This document shows positions 26,312-34,900 of a stretch of 47,488 nucleotides of DNA, piece by piece. The notes beneath the pieces are model-generated. The model was not told where the DNA came from. It worked only from the letters and a program-made list of their open reading frames with translations, and searched no databases. A program made the translations under genes and the position numbers. Numbering within the stretch: position 1 is the first letter of the stretch; every line of letters starts with the position of its first letter. Source of the DNA: a virus. Location: IMG/VR virus record IMGVR_UViG_3300022690_000584; one strand, written 5' to 3'.

Positions 26312-27313
26312 TTAAAACTTACTTGTTATTTCTTCGTCAGTTGGTTCTATTTTTGGTTCAACTTTTTGGGGTTCTGGTTTATTTTCTGCTATTTTTGCCG
26401 GGTCGAATGGTTTAGTTGCCACACCTTCATTTATTGGAAATTCTTCCTTATTCATTTCATCAATAGCTTGTGCTGATGCCCACAATGAAGATTTTAACGT
26501 TTGCATTTTATCCTGCATAGGCTGTGGCATAGCTAACCATGCTTTTTTTAGTGAATCACAACCATCATTGGAAGCTAATTGCATCTTATTACGGTAGCTT
26601 TCCATTTCTTCGTCGACATCGCCAGAGTTAACCCATTCAAGAATTTTACGACCTGTTTCTATGCCGAGATAATTACTTCCATCACCGAATGCTGATTTTA
26701 AATCTTTAGGTATTTTAATGTGCTGTTGATTCATCCCTTCATTGAAAAGCATTACACTAGCTGTCATTTCAAATAAGAAATTCTTTTCACATAATGGCTG
26801 CACACCGATACTTTTTGGATTGCTTGGATTGCTAAAATCCATTTTTTCAGCTGCACGTATACATGCGATTATATGCATATCAGATTGTAACAGGGTCATC
26901 ATAAACTTATTTTTATGTTCGTATTTTGCCTTTTTCCAATCCGCCATTTTCTTGCCGCGCAACAATGGTGCTTCTGCTATCTCCATGCAGCCAGATTCCC
27001 ATTCATGAGATACAGAATCAATTATCAGCACCTTAACGCCAGCCTGTTGAAATTCCTTTATTGCTGTTGCGTATCTTTCAGGTGAAAATGGATAGAATAA
27101 ATCACCTATCATAAACTGACCATCTAACTCATTAGCATAAAGTGAACCTCGGCGATTTTCAGTGTCAAGGAATCCTATCTCGTTTGCGTTATCTACCATG
27201 CCCCTTGCTATGTATAATGCAGTTAGTGTTTTGCCGCTTCCTGATTGCCCTGCTAATCCTATTACCAATTTTGAACCTGCTCTTACTGCTGGGCGTATGT
27301 TTAGGATGCTCAT
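26312..27313 (-). CDS. Sak4-like (AAA_24/RecA-fold) recombination ATPase
   Basis: Walker A GQSGSGKT and Walker B-like LIIDSV. C-terminal Pro/Glu/Lys-rich tail. Confidence 0.6.
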   Translation of the reverse strand: MSILNIRPAVRAGSKLVIGLAGQSGSGKTLTALYIARGMVDNANEIGFLDTENRRGSLYANELDGQFMIGDLFYPFSPERYATAIKEFQQAGVKVLIIDSVSHEWESGCMEIAEAPLLRGKKMADWKKAKYEHKNKFMMTLLQSDMHIIACIRAAEKMDFSNPSNPKSIGVQPLCEKNFLFEMTASVMLFNEGMNQQHIKIPKDLKSAFGDGSNYLGIETGRKILEWVNSGDVDEEMESYRNKMQLASNDGCDSLKKAWLAMPQPMQDKMQTLKSSLWASAQAIDEMNKEEFPINEGVATKPFDPAKIAENKPEPQKVEPKIEPTDEEITSKF

Positions 27314-27663
27314 GGTTTAACACCTAAAATTTCAGACATCATGTTATCAATGGCTAGAGTTATTTTTGCTCTAGTTGTAGGATCTTGTCTAAGGGTGTTT
27401 ACTGTTTTTTCAACCTCTCCGCCAAATTTTGAAATAATAACTTTTGCTAATTTAGCTTTCATCTCACTTTTAATTTGAATTTTAAAGTCACAAGAAGACA
27501 TTAGCTCATTAACTGCTTCTGACGCCATTGATTGCAATGATTCCTTTTCGCTTTTAAGTGCATCATTTATAGCTAGAACTAATGGTGAATTGTAACTTAG
27601 TAATGACGATTCAATTGCTTTGCTGATCGCTTTTTCTGCTGATAGTAATAATTCTGATTTCAT
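27310..27663 (-). CDS. Hypothetical helical protein
   Basis: ATGA-type overlap with the downstream ATPase gene. AGGAAA upstream of the ATG. Confidence 0.5.
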   Translation of the reverse strand: MKSELLLSAEKAISKAIESSLLSYNSPLVLAINDALKSEKESLQSMASEAVNELMSSCDFKIQIKSEMKAKLAKVIISKFGGEVEKTVNTLRQDPTTRAKITLAIDNMMSEILGVKP

Positions 27664-27731
27664 AATATTTCCTAAAAGTTAAAACCTGCAATAATAATAT
27701 TACGTTTAATTAGTTAATGCAAGTATTATGT

Positions 27732-28700
27732 TTAATTAAAACCATAACGCTTAGCAATATAATCAGACGTAGGCAAATTAACCGGACCGTCGAAATATGC
27801 GGGCCAAACATCTGTTTTTTTACATTGGTCAAATCGAATCAAAGCACTAATGTATTGTTCACGTCCTACTTGCAACTGTTCATCAGTCAAATAATAAAGT
27901 TGATGTATGAATGGTGACTTTTTCCCTTGAGCCAATAAAGCCGCTTTGAAATGTTTTGAGTAAACAGCCGACAAAATATCGCATGTAAATGCTTGTTTAA
28001 ACCAATAACCGGCTTCGTGTGCTTGCCTAGCGAACTGCTCTGGGTTCATTCTTGCCGTGGTTTTATAGTCAGGAACCACGCAGTCATGTGTAATTATATC
28101 CGGCCTTACTTTTACTTTGTGCCAAACATCATTTATTAACAATTCGCAAAAAATAGAAGTTTCAACCGTGGCACCTTTAAATAATTCCAAGTTACTTTCA
28201 TCTGCAAATAGAGCACGCCTCATTTGCATTATATTGTCGTGATCCTCACCTTTTACCAATGTTATTTGTTTTTCTTCACAATTAAGCTCTTGGATTCGAT
28301 CATCTAACGCGAGTATTTTTACGTCAGGGTCAATGTTAATAGCTCGTTGAACAAGTTCATAAAATGGCTTGTTTGAATATCCTGGTATACCATGGTCCTT
28401 AATGAATTTCTTAATGCCTGCATCACTTGTTAAATAATTCTCATCATCAGACTTTGTTATTTTCCTGGCAAATTGCTCTTCAAATAAATCGGGTTCAAGC
28501 ATGGCCGCATGACTTGCTGTACCAAAATGTAATGCGGCTGACTGTTCTTTTTCTCCGAAATGAGCATCAGCTGGGCACTCTGCGAATATGTTAAATAATT
28601 CTGACCCACTGGCATAGTCTTTGTATTTTTCACCGTGGTAATCATCGTTTGATAGCTCACCGTTTGGATATACGGTTACATTTTGTATTCCGATTATCAT
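27732..28700 (-). CDS. PD-(D/E)XK exonuclease (RecE/exonuclease VIII-like)
   Basis: N-terminal FGTASHAAMLEP. Core ...VRPDIIT...VVPDYKTT...QAHEAGYWFKQAF matches the D...D-x-K...Q..Y pattern. Confidence 0.7.
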   Translation of the reverse strand: MIIGIQNVTVYPNGELSNDDYHGEKYKDYASGSELFNIFAECPADAHFGEKEQSAALHFGTASHAAMLEPDLFEEQFARKITKSDDENYLTSDAGIKKFIKDHGIPGYSNKPFYELVQRAINIDPDVKILALDDRIQELNCEEKQITLVKGEDHDNIMQMRRALFADESNLELFKGATVETSIFCELLINDVWHKVKVRPDIITHDCVVPDYKTTARMNPEQFARQAHEAGYWFKQAFTCDILSAVYSKHFKAALLAQGKKSPFIHQLYYLTDEQLQVGREQYISALIRFDQCKKTDVWPAYFDGPVNLPTSDYIAKRYGFN

Positions 28701-29062
28701 CTCGACACCTTATCTTTTAAATTATGATACTTATTAATCCACTCATCTTTTGATTTTTTAAGGTATGCACATGATCGCTCTAATTTTTCTATTTCTTTTC
28801 TTGATAGCTCACTGCTTATTTTGCAAAATTCACGTCTAGCAATACTTAACGGAGTTGTCGCCTCATGACCCGTTGATTCATACCCACTAAAACAACCTTC
28901 TGTTAATCCGTGAATTATTTGGTCTGAAACATGCTTTATTATTTCGTCACTACAACTCAATTGTTCTATTAACTGCTTTTCCTGATCACCTGAAAGGCTA
29001 CTAAGCAAATCAACTATATTAATTTTTAAATCGTCACCGTCTAATTTTGTTGAGATACTCAT
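28697..29062 (-). CDS. Hypothetical protein
   Basis: Overlaps both neighbours by 4 nt. Confidence 0.5.
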   Translation of the reverse strand: MSISTKLDGDDLKINIVDLLSSLSGDQEKQLIEQLSCSDEIIKHVSDQIIHGLTEGCFSGYESTGHEATTPLSIARREFCKISSELSRKEIEKLERSCAYLKKSKDEWINKYHNLKDKVSR

Positions 29063-29649
29063 AGTGAACCGCCATTAATTGATTTCAACAACAAACGAGA
29101 AGCTTTAAACCTTAATATTGGCCGTTCTTTGCAATGAACTTGTTCGCCAGTGCTGGGGTTTCTTTTAAAGCCTGCTGGATGTATTGAAAAATAAAAAACG
29201 CCTAAACCCCTTAATTCCATACGACAAAGACCCTTAGAAACACCATCTAGATAATCAATAAATACATCAAATGCGGCTCTTGCTTCTTCTAGACTTACAT
29301 TGGCTAATGATGAAATTATTGAACATATTTTTGGTATGGATGCTTTTTCACTATCATCTTTACTTTTACCAAAAGTGATAACTTTCCTGGCCGTAATTAA
29401 GTGATAATCGCCATTTTTAGGGTTTCTTCCTGCACGCTCTTCTTTATGATTAGTTGATAATATGCCACAACCTTTAATGGCGACTTTTTGCCCATCAGTT
29501 AACAGAGCTATCATGCAATCAGTCACCGATTGAATGATGATTTTTGCTTTAGACTTTTTCATCCCAGTAACTATTGACAAAGTGTTTGATATCCTTACTT
29601 TTGTTACTGTCATTACTTTTCTAGCATCTGGCTTTCTATTGATTCGCAT
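29059..29649 (-). CDS. Tandem (two-domain) HU/IHF-like DNA-binding protein
   Basis: Two HU-type arms in one chain: KGCGILSTNHKEERAGRNPKNGDYHLITARKVITFGKSK and LRGLGVFYFSIHPAGFKRNPSTGEQVHCKERPILRFKASR. Confidence 0.75.
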   Translation of the reverse strand: MRINRKPDARKVMTVTKVRISNTLSIVTGMKKSKAKIIIQSVTDCMIALLTDGQKVAIKGCGILSTNHKEERAGRNPKNGDYHLITARKVITFGKSKDDSEKASIPKICSIISSLANVSLEEARAAFDVFIDYLDGVSKGLCRMELRGLGVFYFSIHPAGFKRNPSTGEQVHCKERPILRFKASRLLLKSINGGSL

Positions 29650-29706
29650 TTTAATTGCCTTTAGTTATTGAGTTCTTAATAAATATAGTACGTTGCGTTT
29701 AGTAAA

Positions 29707-30159
29707 TCAAGAGTTATGTTTAATTTTATTTGAGAAATAATCTCGGATTGCTTCAAGGGCTGCTTGGTATCCGTATGCGACAATTGAAATATAACCTCTT
29801 GCCTGACAATTCAATAGGAATGTTTTTTGCTCTGGTTTGATTTCGCTGTCAGCTTTACGTGATCGTTTTAGCTCTAAAACTAACCCATGACTTCCGCATG
29901 ATGGCACCATTGTTATCCAGTCTGAAACGCCCTTTTTACGGCCGTACTTTTTTAAGTCGGCGCCGTACTGAGCGCCACCTGTGCCACCTTCATTCACAAC
30001 ATGAAACATCATCGAATATTCTTCAGGAAACCTAACACTACAAGCTGAATTCAAATCAATCTGCTCGCACTTCTCCTTACGAGATTTCATATTGCTGGCA
30101 TTTAATACATCATCCCAATAACACAGAATACCCGAACGGTTTCGTTTTTTGATTATCAT
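29707..30159 (-). CDS. VRR-NUC domain nuclease
   Basis: GVSDWITMV...HGLVLELK...KPEQKTFL...ARGY matches the D...ExK...Q pattern of VRR-NUC. Confidence 0.7.
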   Translation of the reverse strand: MIIKKRNRSGILCYWDDVLNASNMKSRKEKCEQIDLNSACSVRFPEEYSMMFHVVNEGGTGGAQYGADLKKYGRKKGVSDWITMVPSCGSHGLVLELKRSRKADSEIKPEQKTFLLNCQARGYISIVAYGYQAALEAIRDYFSNKIKHNS

Positions 30160-30353
30160 CTCTTCACCTTTTTGCGCATTTTTTTAGCGGCAGTCACGGC
30201 CTGTTCAATTAACTTAGATGCCGTGTTAAACTTATTTTTCTTAAAGTCATCACAAGCGCCAGTCGCCGCATTTCTTGATGTTATTTCGTCGCAATTTTCA
30301 GACTTACACCTTTTGTAAACTGCTTTGTATATCATGTCGATAGCGCTTGTCAT
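30156..30353 (-). CDS. Hypothetical small basic protein
   Basis: Start placed at the internal ATG (30353), which has GAGG 9 nt upstream. The longer ORF form reaches 30383. Confidence 0.45.
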   Translation of the reverse strand: MTSAIDMIYKAVYKRCKSENCDEITSRNAATGACDDFKKNKFNTASKLIEQAVTAAKKMRKKVKR

Positions 30354-30613
30354 AGTCTTGCCTCTATTTTGTATGCTAGCCACGCTCTAAAAGGGGTTTC
30401 TCTTTTAAACCCTGATTTTGATCCACTAAAAAAAGCATGTTCTAATTTCTTTTCAGCGTCATGTTTGTAATCGCTATCTAAATCAGCATTGGTTCGTAGA
30501 ATTAAGTTATCCTCAGAAAGTTCTTTTTTATCGCCGGTTAATTCTTCAACTTTTTGCTCAAGCTCTTCGATTTTTTCAATTAACTGTTCTTTGGTCATTT
30601 CGTTTGTATTCAT
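30350..30613 (-). CDS. Hypothetical coiled-coil protein
   Basis: ATGA overlap with the helicase stop. Confidence 0.5.
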   Translation of the reverse strand: MNTNEMTKEQLIEKIEELEQKVEELTGDKKELSEDNLILRTNADLDSDYKHDAEKKLEHAFFSGSKSGFKRETPFRAWLAYKIEARL

Positions 30614-32511
30614 GCTACCCTCTTGCCCCCTTTAGTCGTTTTACCACTATTAAATTTCAATCCATGTACAACTGATTGACCCTTTTCATTAATACGATGC
30701 GTTGCAAAAACTGGTATATCAAACATGGCTTTATTGTTAATCACTTGTGGTGCAGTCATTGACATTATACTCATTTGATATGAATGACCGTTTATGTGAC
30801 GGTTAACGAATCCAGATTGCCAAGTTCGTTTGCCACCTTCTTTAATGGCCCAGTAATCAACGTTGGCTATTTCCTGCTTTCCGGTTTCATCGAAAACATC
30901 AAAGTAATACTTAACATTTATTGCATCGCTGTTTTTACCTGTAACGCTTATAGCCATTCTAAGAACAGGCTTCCAGTCATGGAGACCATACGATGTATTT
31001 GATAACTTGGCGTTTGGATCAATCAGTGTATTATCACAAATACGACAATAACGAGCGGCAATGTCATTTTCTGCGCCACAACCTTTATTTTTAAGCAGGC
31101 CATTTACCATATGATCATCACACGTTCTTGATTTCCAAAAGTATGCGCATCTACCGTCTTTTTCTTTTTTACTTTCGCCTTTGCAGCGCCTGGCATGCTC
31201 GCCGTTTTCTGTCTGGCATGTAGGGCATGTAATAGGATCGCCGCTATCTTTTGACTTTTGCAGGTCAGCATCTTCAAGCAATGGATCATCAAACATTTCA
31301 TGCATAGACGCCATGGTTCCAGAATAATCAAGCACTAGGTGATCACTCTTTTCATACCCTAGTTTTTTATGCTCATCCTTGAGTAAGCGCATGCCACGAC
31401 CTAGTAATTGAGTTAAAAGCGTAAGGCTACCAATGCGACGAAGTAACACGCTGACATCCCACAACGGCACGTTAACACCTGTCGTTAAGCATCCTATTTG
31501 TACGATATATTTATACCTAAATGTGCCTCGATCATTTAACTTACCGTGCTTTGCGTCTCGAAGTATTTGTTGCCGGTTTTTCTTGCCTGTATCTATGGTG
31601 ATAATTGCATATTCATCATCAGGCAATACGCTGACAGCTTCTTTACAATGTTTGGCACCTGCACAAGTGATCAACACACATAGCCTATCTTTAACTATTC
31701 TAATGACGTCCATCATTATCGATTTAGTTAGTTCTATGTTCATTTTATCGTGCATTGCTTCCATATCAGCATTAGAAAAATCTTTTGTGCCATGCTCTTC
31801 AATATCATCGAATTCAGACAGGTCATAACCGGCATCTTGATCAGGTACGCCAAAAATTGTTGGTACAATATAACTATTATCAACAAGGAATTTACGGCCA
31901 ATTTCTGGTAATATTACCTGCTTCCAGAATGGTCCCTTTATTGATTCAACACCTCGATATGGAGATCCTGTCATACCTAAAATAACTAGCTTAGGGTTTA
32001 GCACTTTGAAATGGTTTAAAATTTTTGAATAGCACTTGTCGCCACCTTTGATAACGTCCTCCCAATTTACTTGATGGCACTCGTCGATTAAAATTATATG
32101 AGGTATCCATTTTGTTCTTGCTTTTGGGTCAAGTAATCCGTATTTATCACTTAAATGATTTGTAATAGTTCCCTCAGTACCTACCACAGTTGAATAATGC
32201 GTTGATTTACGGTCAAGGCTTGCAGAAAATACAGAGCAATTAGAACCCATGTTAAAAACTTCTTCGGAATCTTGCTCGACCAGCTCACCCGTGCGGGCAA
32301 GTATCAACAATCTAGCGCCAACATTTTGACAGTGGCTTGCGATTGCCCCGGCAATAATGGTTTTACCTGCAGCTACATAAGCATTTATATAGGCTGGAGT
32401 TGGTTTAATTTCACCTGATAATTGCTTCCTAATGTGGTCAAGCGAGTCTTGAATAACTTCCCATTGGAATTCATACGGCGTTATTTTGCCTAGCTTTGGT
32501 ATCTCGATCAT
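30610..32511 (-). CDS. SF2 (DEAH-type) DNA helicase with a C-terminal zinc-ribbon region
   Basis: Walker A AAGKT, DECH box (ILIDECHQV), TGSP, QLLGRGMRL. Cys clusters CPTCQ...RRC and CGAEN...CRICDN. Confidence 0.8.
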   Translation of the reverse strand: MIEIPKLGKITPYEFQWEVIQDSLDHIRKQLSGEIKPTPAYINAYVAAGKTIIAGAIASHCQNVGARLLILARTGELVEQDSEEVFNMGSNCSVFSASLDRKSTHYSTVVGTEGTITNHLSDKYGLLDPKARTKWIPHIILIDECHQVNWEDVIKGGDKCYSKILNHFKVLNPKLVILGMTGSPYRGVESIKGPFWKQVILPEIGRKFLVDNSYIVPTIFGVPDQDAGYDLSEFDDIEEHGTKDFSNADMEAMHDKMNIELTKSIMMDVIRIVKDRLCVLITCAGAKHCKEAVSVLPDDEYAIITIDTGKKNRQQILRDAKHGKLNDRGTFRYKYIVQIGCLTTGVNVPLWDVSVLLRRIGSLTLLTQLLGRGMRLLKDEHKKLGYEKSDHLVLDYSGTMASMHEMFDDPLLEDADLQKSKDSGDPITCPTCQTENGEHARRCKGESKKEKDGRCAYFWKSRTCDDHMVNGLLKNKGCGAENDIAARYCRICDNTLIDPNAKLSNTSYGLHDWKPVLRMAISVTGKNSDAINVKYYFDVFDETGKQEIANVDYWAIKEGGKRTWQSGFVNRHINGHSYQMSIMSMTAPQVINNKAMFDIPVFATHRINEKGQSVVHGLKFNSGKTTKGGKRVA

Positions 32512-32924
32512 GAGTTACCTTTTAACAATTCAACTTTTGCCTGTAAATTAGCTATCTGATGTTTTATTTTTATGATTTCTTCGGTGTTGTCTGGTTTGTC
32601 TGGCTTTATACGGTATTCCCAATCAGCAAACCAACATGGATCGCAATCGTACCATTTGCCATGAGGATGTTTACCTTGAATAATCGCCCCATCAGCCCAT
32701 GCTTTTATTTCTTTACAGTGTATGTGTGGGGTTGGTTTTTGCTTTACAAGCTCAAAAGATGCACTAAGTCCTGTATATGAGTTGTTTATACAAAATTCAG
32801 ACGCTTTGTTAAGTTCTATTTTGTAAGTTTTATCAAGTTCGTAACAGCTAATACTTGAATCAACACAAACAACCTCATCCCCAGCCTTTAAATCATGCTC
32901 TTTTATTAGATCTTGTAGGTTCAT
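32508..32924 (-). CDS. Hypothetical protein
   Basis: 4-nt overlaps on both sides. The C-terminal motif KAWADGAIIQ...WEYRIKP recurs in phage hypothetical proteins (from memory). Confidence 0.5.
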   Translation of the reverse strand: MNLQDLIKEHDLKAGDEVVCVDSSISCYELDKTYKIELNKASEFCINNSYTGLSASFELVKQKPTPHIHCKEIKAWADGAIIQGKHPHGKWYDCDPCWFADWEYRIKPDKPDNTEEIIKIKHQIANLQAKVELLKGNS

Positions 32925-33325
32925 TTCAGTAGCTCCGGATTTTGGTGAATGTTGCCGATTATTTCCATTGCTTTGTTAATTGATGCTGCATAAGCAAAAT
33001 TACCATAGTGGAAAGCATGGTTATTTGGGCGAAGATTTACTGTATGAAAATTTAGTGATGGATGAAGCTTTACCACAGCAATTCTCGGTATGAATTCTTC
33101 GAAACCTGGAATGTGACCCCATTTGACAATGTCACCACTGTACATATCAATATTGTTAACAGTCAATCCGGTGAATTGCATTAACACATCACCAAAATCA
33201 CCTCGCATTAATCTGCATAAATTTGCTGCTTGATATTGATCTTTGCATAATTTATCTGGGTTAAAATAAATCATGCTTTTGTGATTCTCATGCCAAGCTC
33301 TAAATTTTATCACTCTTATTCCCAT
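32921..33325 (-). CDS. YopX-like protein
   Basis: KFRAWHE...MQFTGL...MYSGDIVKW pattern. Confidence 0.6.
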   Translation of the reverse strand: MGIRVIKFRAWHENHKSMIYFNPDKLCKDQYQAANLCRLMRGDFGDVLMQFTGLTVNNIDMYSGDIVKWGHIPGFEEFIPRIAVVKLHPSLNFHTVNLRPNNHAFHYGNFAYAASINKAMEIIGNIHQNPELLK

Positions 33326-33368
33326 CCCTTATTAATTAGCTTTAAACACAATAACACCAAAACACAAC

Positions 33369-34178
33369 CTATTCAAGTATTATGTTTAATTTATTATCAG
33401 TATTAACAATATTACCCAAAGTTTGCCATAAAACACTGTTTATATTAATCCAATCAGCCTTATGTAATTCCTCAATATCATCGCAAAACAATTGATACTT
33501 AATCTTTTTTTGATTGAGTCCCTTTACTATGTGGATTAAATTGTTTAGGTCAAATATGCATACAATACAGACGCCGATAAAACCGGCGTGTTGATACAAT
33601 TTTATTGCCTTGAAATAGTCGAACACTAAAATAACTGTCTTGCCAGGATTGCCGAAGATCAAACAAGAACCATAAACAAATTGCTTATTTAAATACCTGA
33701 CATCAAAACCAGGACCCTCAATCATGGCCAGGCTGACCATCAGACCGTTCAAATCCGTTAACGGCACAACTTGATAAGCACCGTTAAAATAAACACCATT
33801 GACGCATTCACAATTAGCCAATATTTCACCTGCATCATCAGCGTTACCTTTTTGACTTAATGGCAATCTTAATTTTCTTACGGGAGCTGAAACGCGCCGT
33901 GAAATATTATCAATAAATGCGTTACTATCGATGGATGTAACCGCTTCCTTAAAGTCACAGCCCGTATATTCCATGATAAAACCGATAACATCACCATGGA
34001 CACCACAGCCAAAACAGTAATAAAATTGCTTGTCTTCTGCTACCGTGAATGATGGAGTTTTTTCACCGTGAAATGGGCAGCATGCGCCGTAGTTTTTGCC
34101 CATCTTTTTTAAGCCGATATAGCCGTCAATTATGTCAACTATGTTTATGCTGTCTTTTAGTTGGTCTGTGTTTATCAT
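33369..34178 (-). CDS. DNA primase (zf-CHC2 zinc-binding domain; catalytic part not confidently recognised)
   Basis: CCPFHGEKTPSFTV...YYCFGCGVHGDVIGF is the DnaG-type CHC2 zinc finger. The remaining ~180 aa show only weak TOPRIM-like features. Confidence 0.7.
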   Translation of the reverse strand: MINTDQLKDSINIVDIIDGYIGLKKMGKNYGACCPFHGEKTPSFTVAEDKQFYYCFGCGVHGDVIGFIMEYTGCDFKEAVTSIDSNAFIDNISRRVSAPVRKLRLPLSQKGNADDAGEILANCECVNGVYFNGAYQVVPLTDLNGLMVSLAMIEGPGFDVRYLNKQFVYGSCLIFGNPGKTVILVFDYFKAIKLYQHAGFIGVCIVCIFDLNNLIHIVKGLNQKKIKYQLFCDDIEELHKADWININSVLWQTLGNIVNTDNKLNIILE

Positions 34179-34900
34179 GAGTTAGCCTCGAATACTGCTT
34201 GTGAAAATCCTCGCAGTGTGGCGCTTCTTATGTTTTTAGTTCTCAATGATTTTCCGCCGCATTTTTTCCAGCCTGGGTTATCCTTAAGTAATGGTTCGAT
34301 TCTCTTTTTAACTGGTTCCTTGAACCCCCCTCCGGTCCATATGCAAGTGTTTTTATTGTACCTATCCTGACCCGGGTAAATATTACTATACAAAGGGTGT
34401 TCGTCATTTTTAGGGAGATAGCCGGCATAATCACAAGGATTAAATTTAAAATCTGGCTTTCTATAAATCGTGCTTATTACACCCACAGGGTTTTCCCATC
34501 CATACGCGCAATTAAAATCATCGCCAACAAGTTTAACTAAATAAACTAAAGACATGGCATCTTGTTGGAAGTGAGGGTTAATCAACCTTTTTTTACTGAA
34601 GTGTTTAGCGCCTGCAACAGTTAAATCTGTACAGTCTGGAAAGCCAAAAACAAATTCAGCTTCACTACCAACTATTGTTTTGATTTTTTCTATATCGACC
34701 CTAGAAGGATATTTGCAAAAACCAACAGAATTTGAATAGCTTTTAACAAACCACATACCGACATTTAAAATATTCTCATGGTCTGACTTGGTAACTCCTT
34801 CCGGGTGTTGACCATCAAAACAATAACAAAGATAACCAGCATCAGCCCAAGGTTTAGCCATTATCCCAGTGTAATCAAATAAAAATATTGCTTTCTTCAT
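34175..34900 (-). CDS. DNA (cytosine-5) methyltransferase-like protein (short, non-canonical motif IV)
   Basis: FLFDYTG (motif I-like), FGFPDCTDLTVAG (motif IV-like but P-D-C instead of P-C), WENP (motif VI ENV-like). Confidence 0.5.
   Translation of the reverse strand: MKKAIFLFDYTGIMAKPWADAGYLCYCFDGQHPEGVTKSDHENILNVGMWFVKSYSNSVGFCKYPSRVDIEKIKTIVGSEAEFVFGFPDCTDLTVAGAKHFSKKRLINPHFQQDAMSLVYLVKLVGDDFNCAYGWENPVGVISTIYRKPDFKFNPCDYAGYLPKNDEHPLYSNIYPGQDRYNKNTCIWTGGGFKEPVKKRIEPLLKDNPGWKKCGGKSLRTKNIRSATLRGFSQAVFEANS

Noticed and set aside
31433-31985. Plus-strand ORFs (31433-31828, 31785-31985, 30784-31002) and the out-of-frame minus-strand ORF 31104-31331 inside the helicase gene
   Set aside because: They are embedded in a 633-aa ORF with all SF2 helicase motifs, on the opposite strand or in a different frame, and so are not independent genes.
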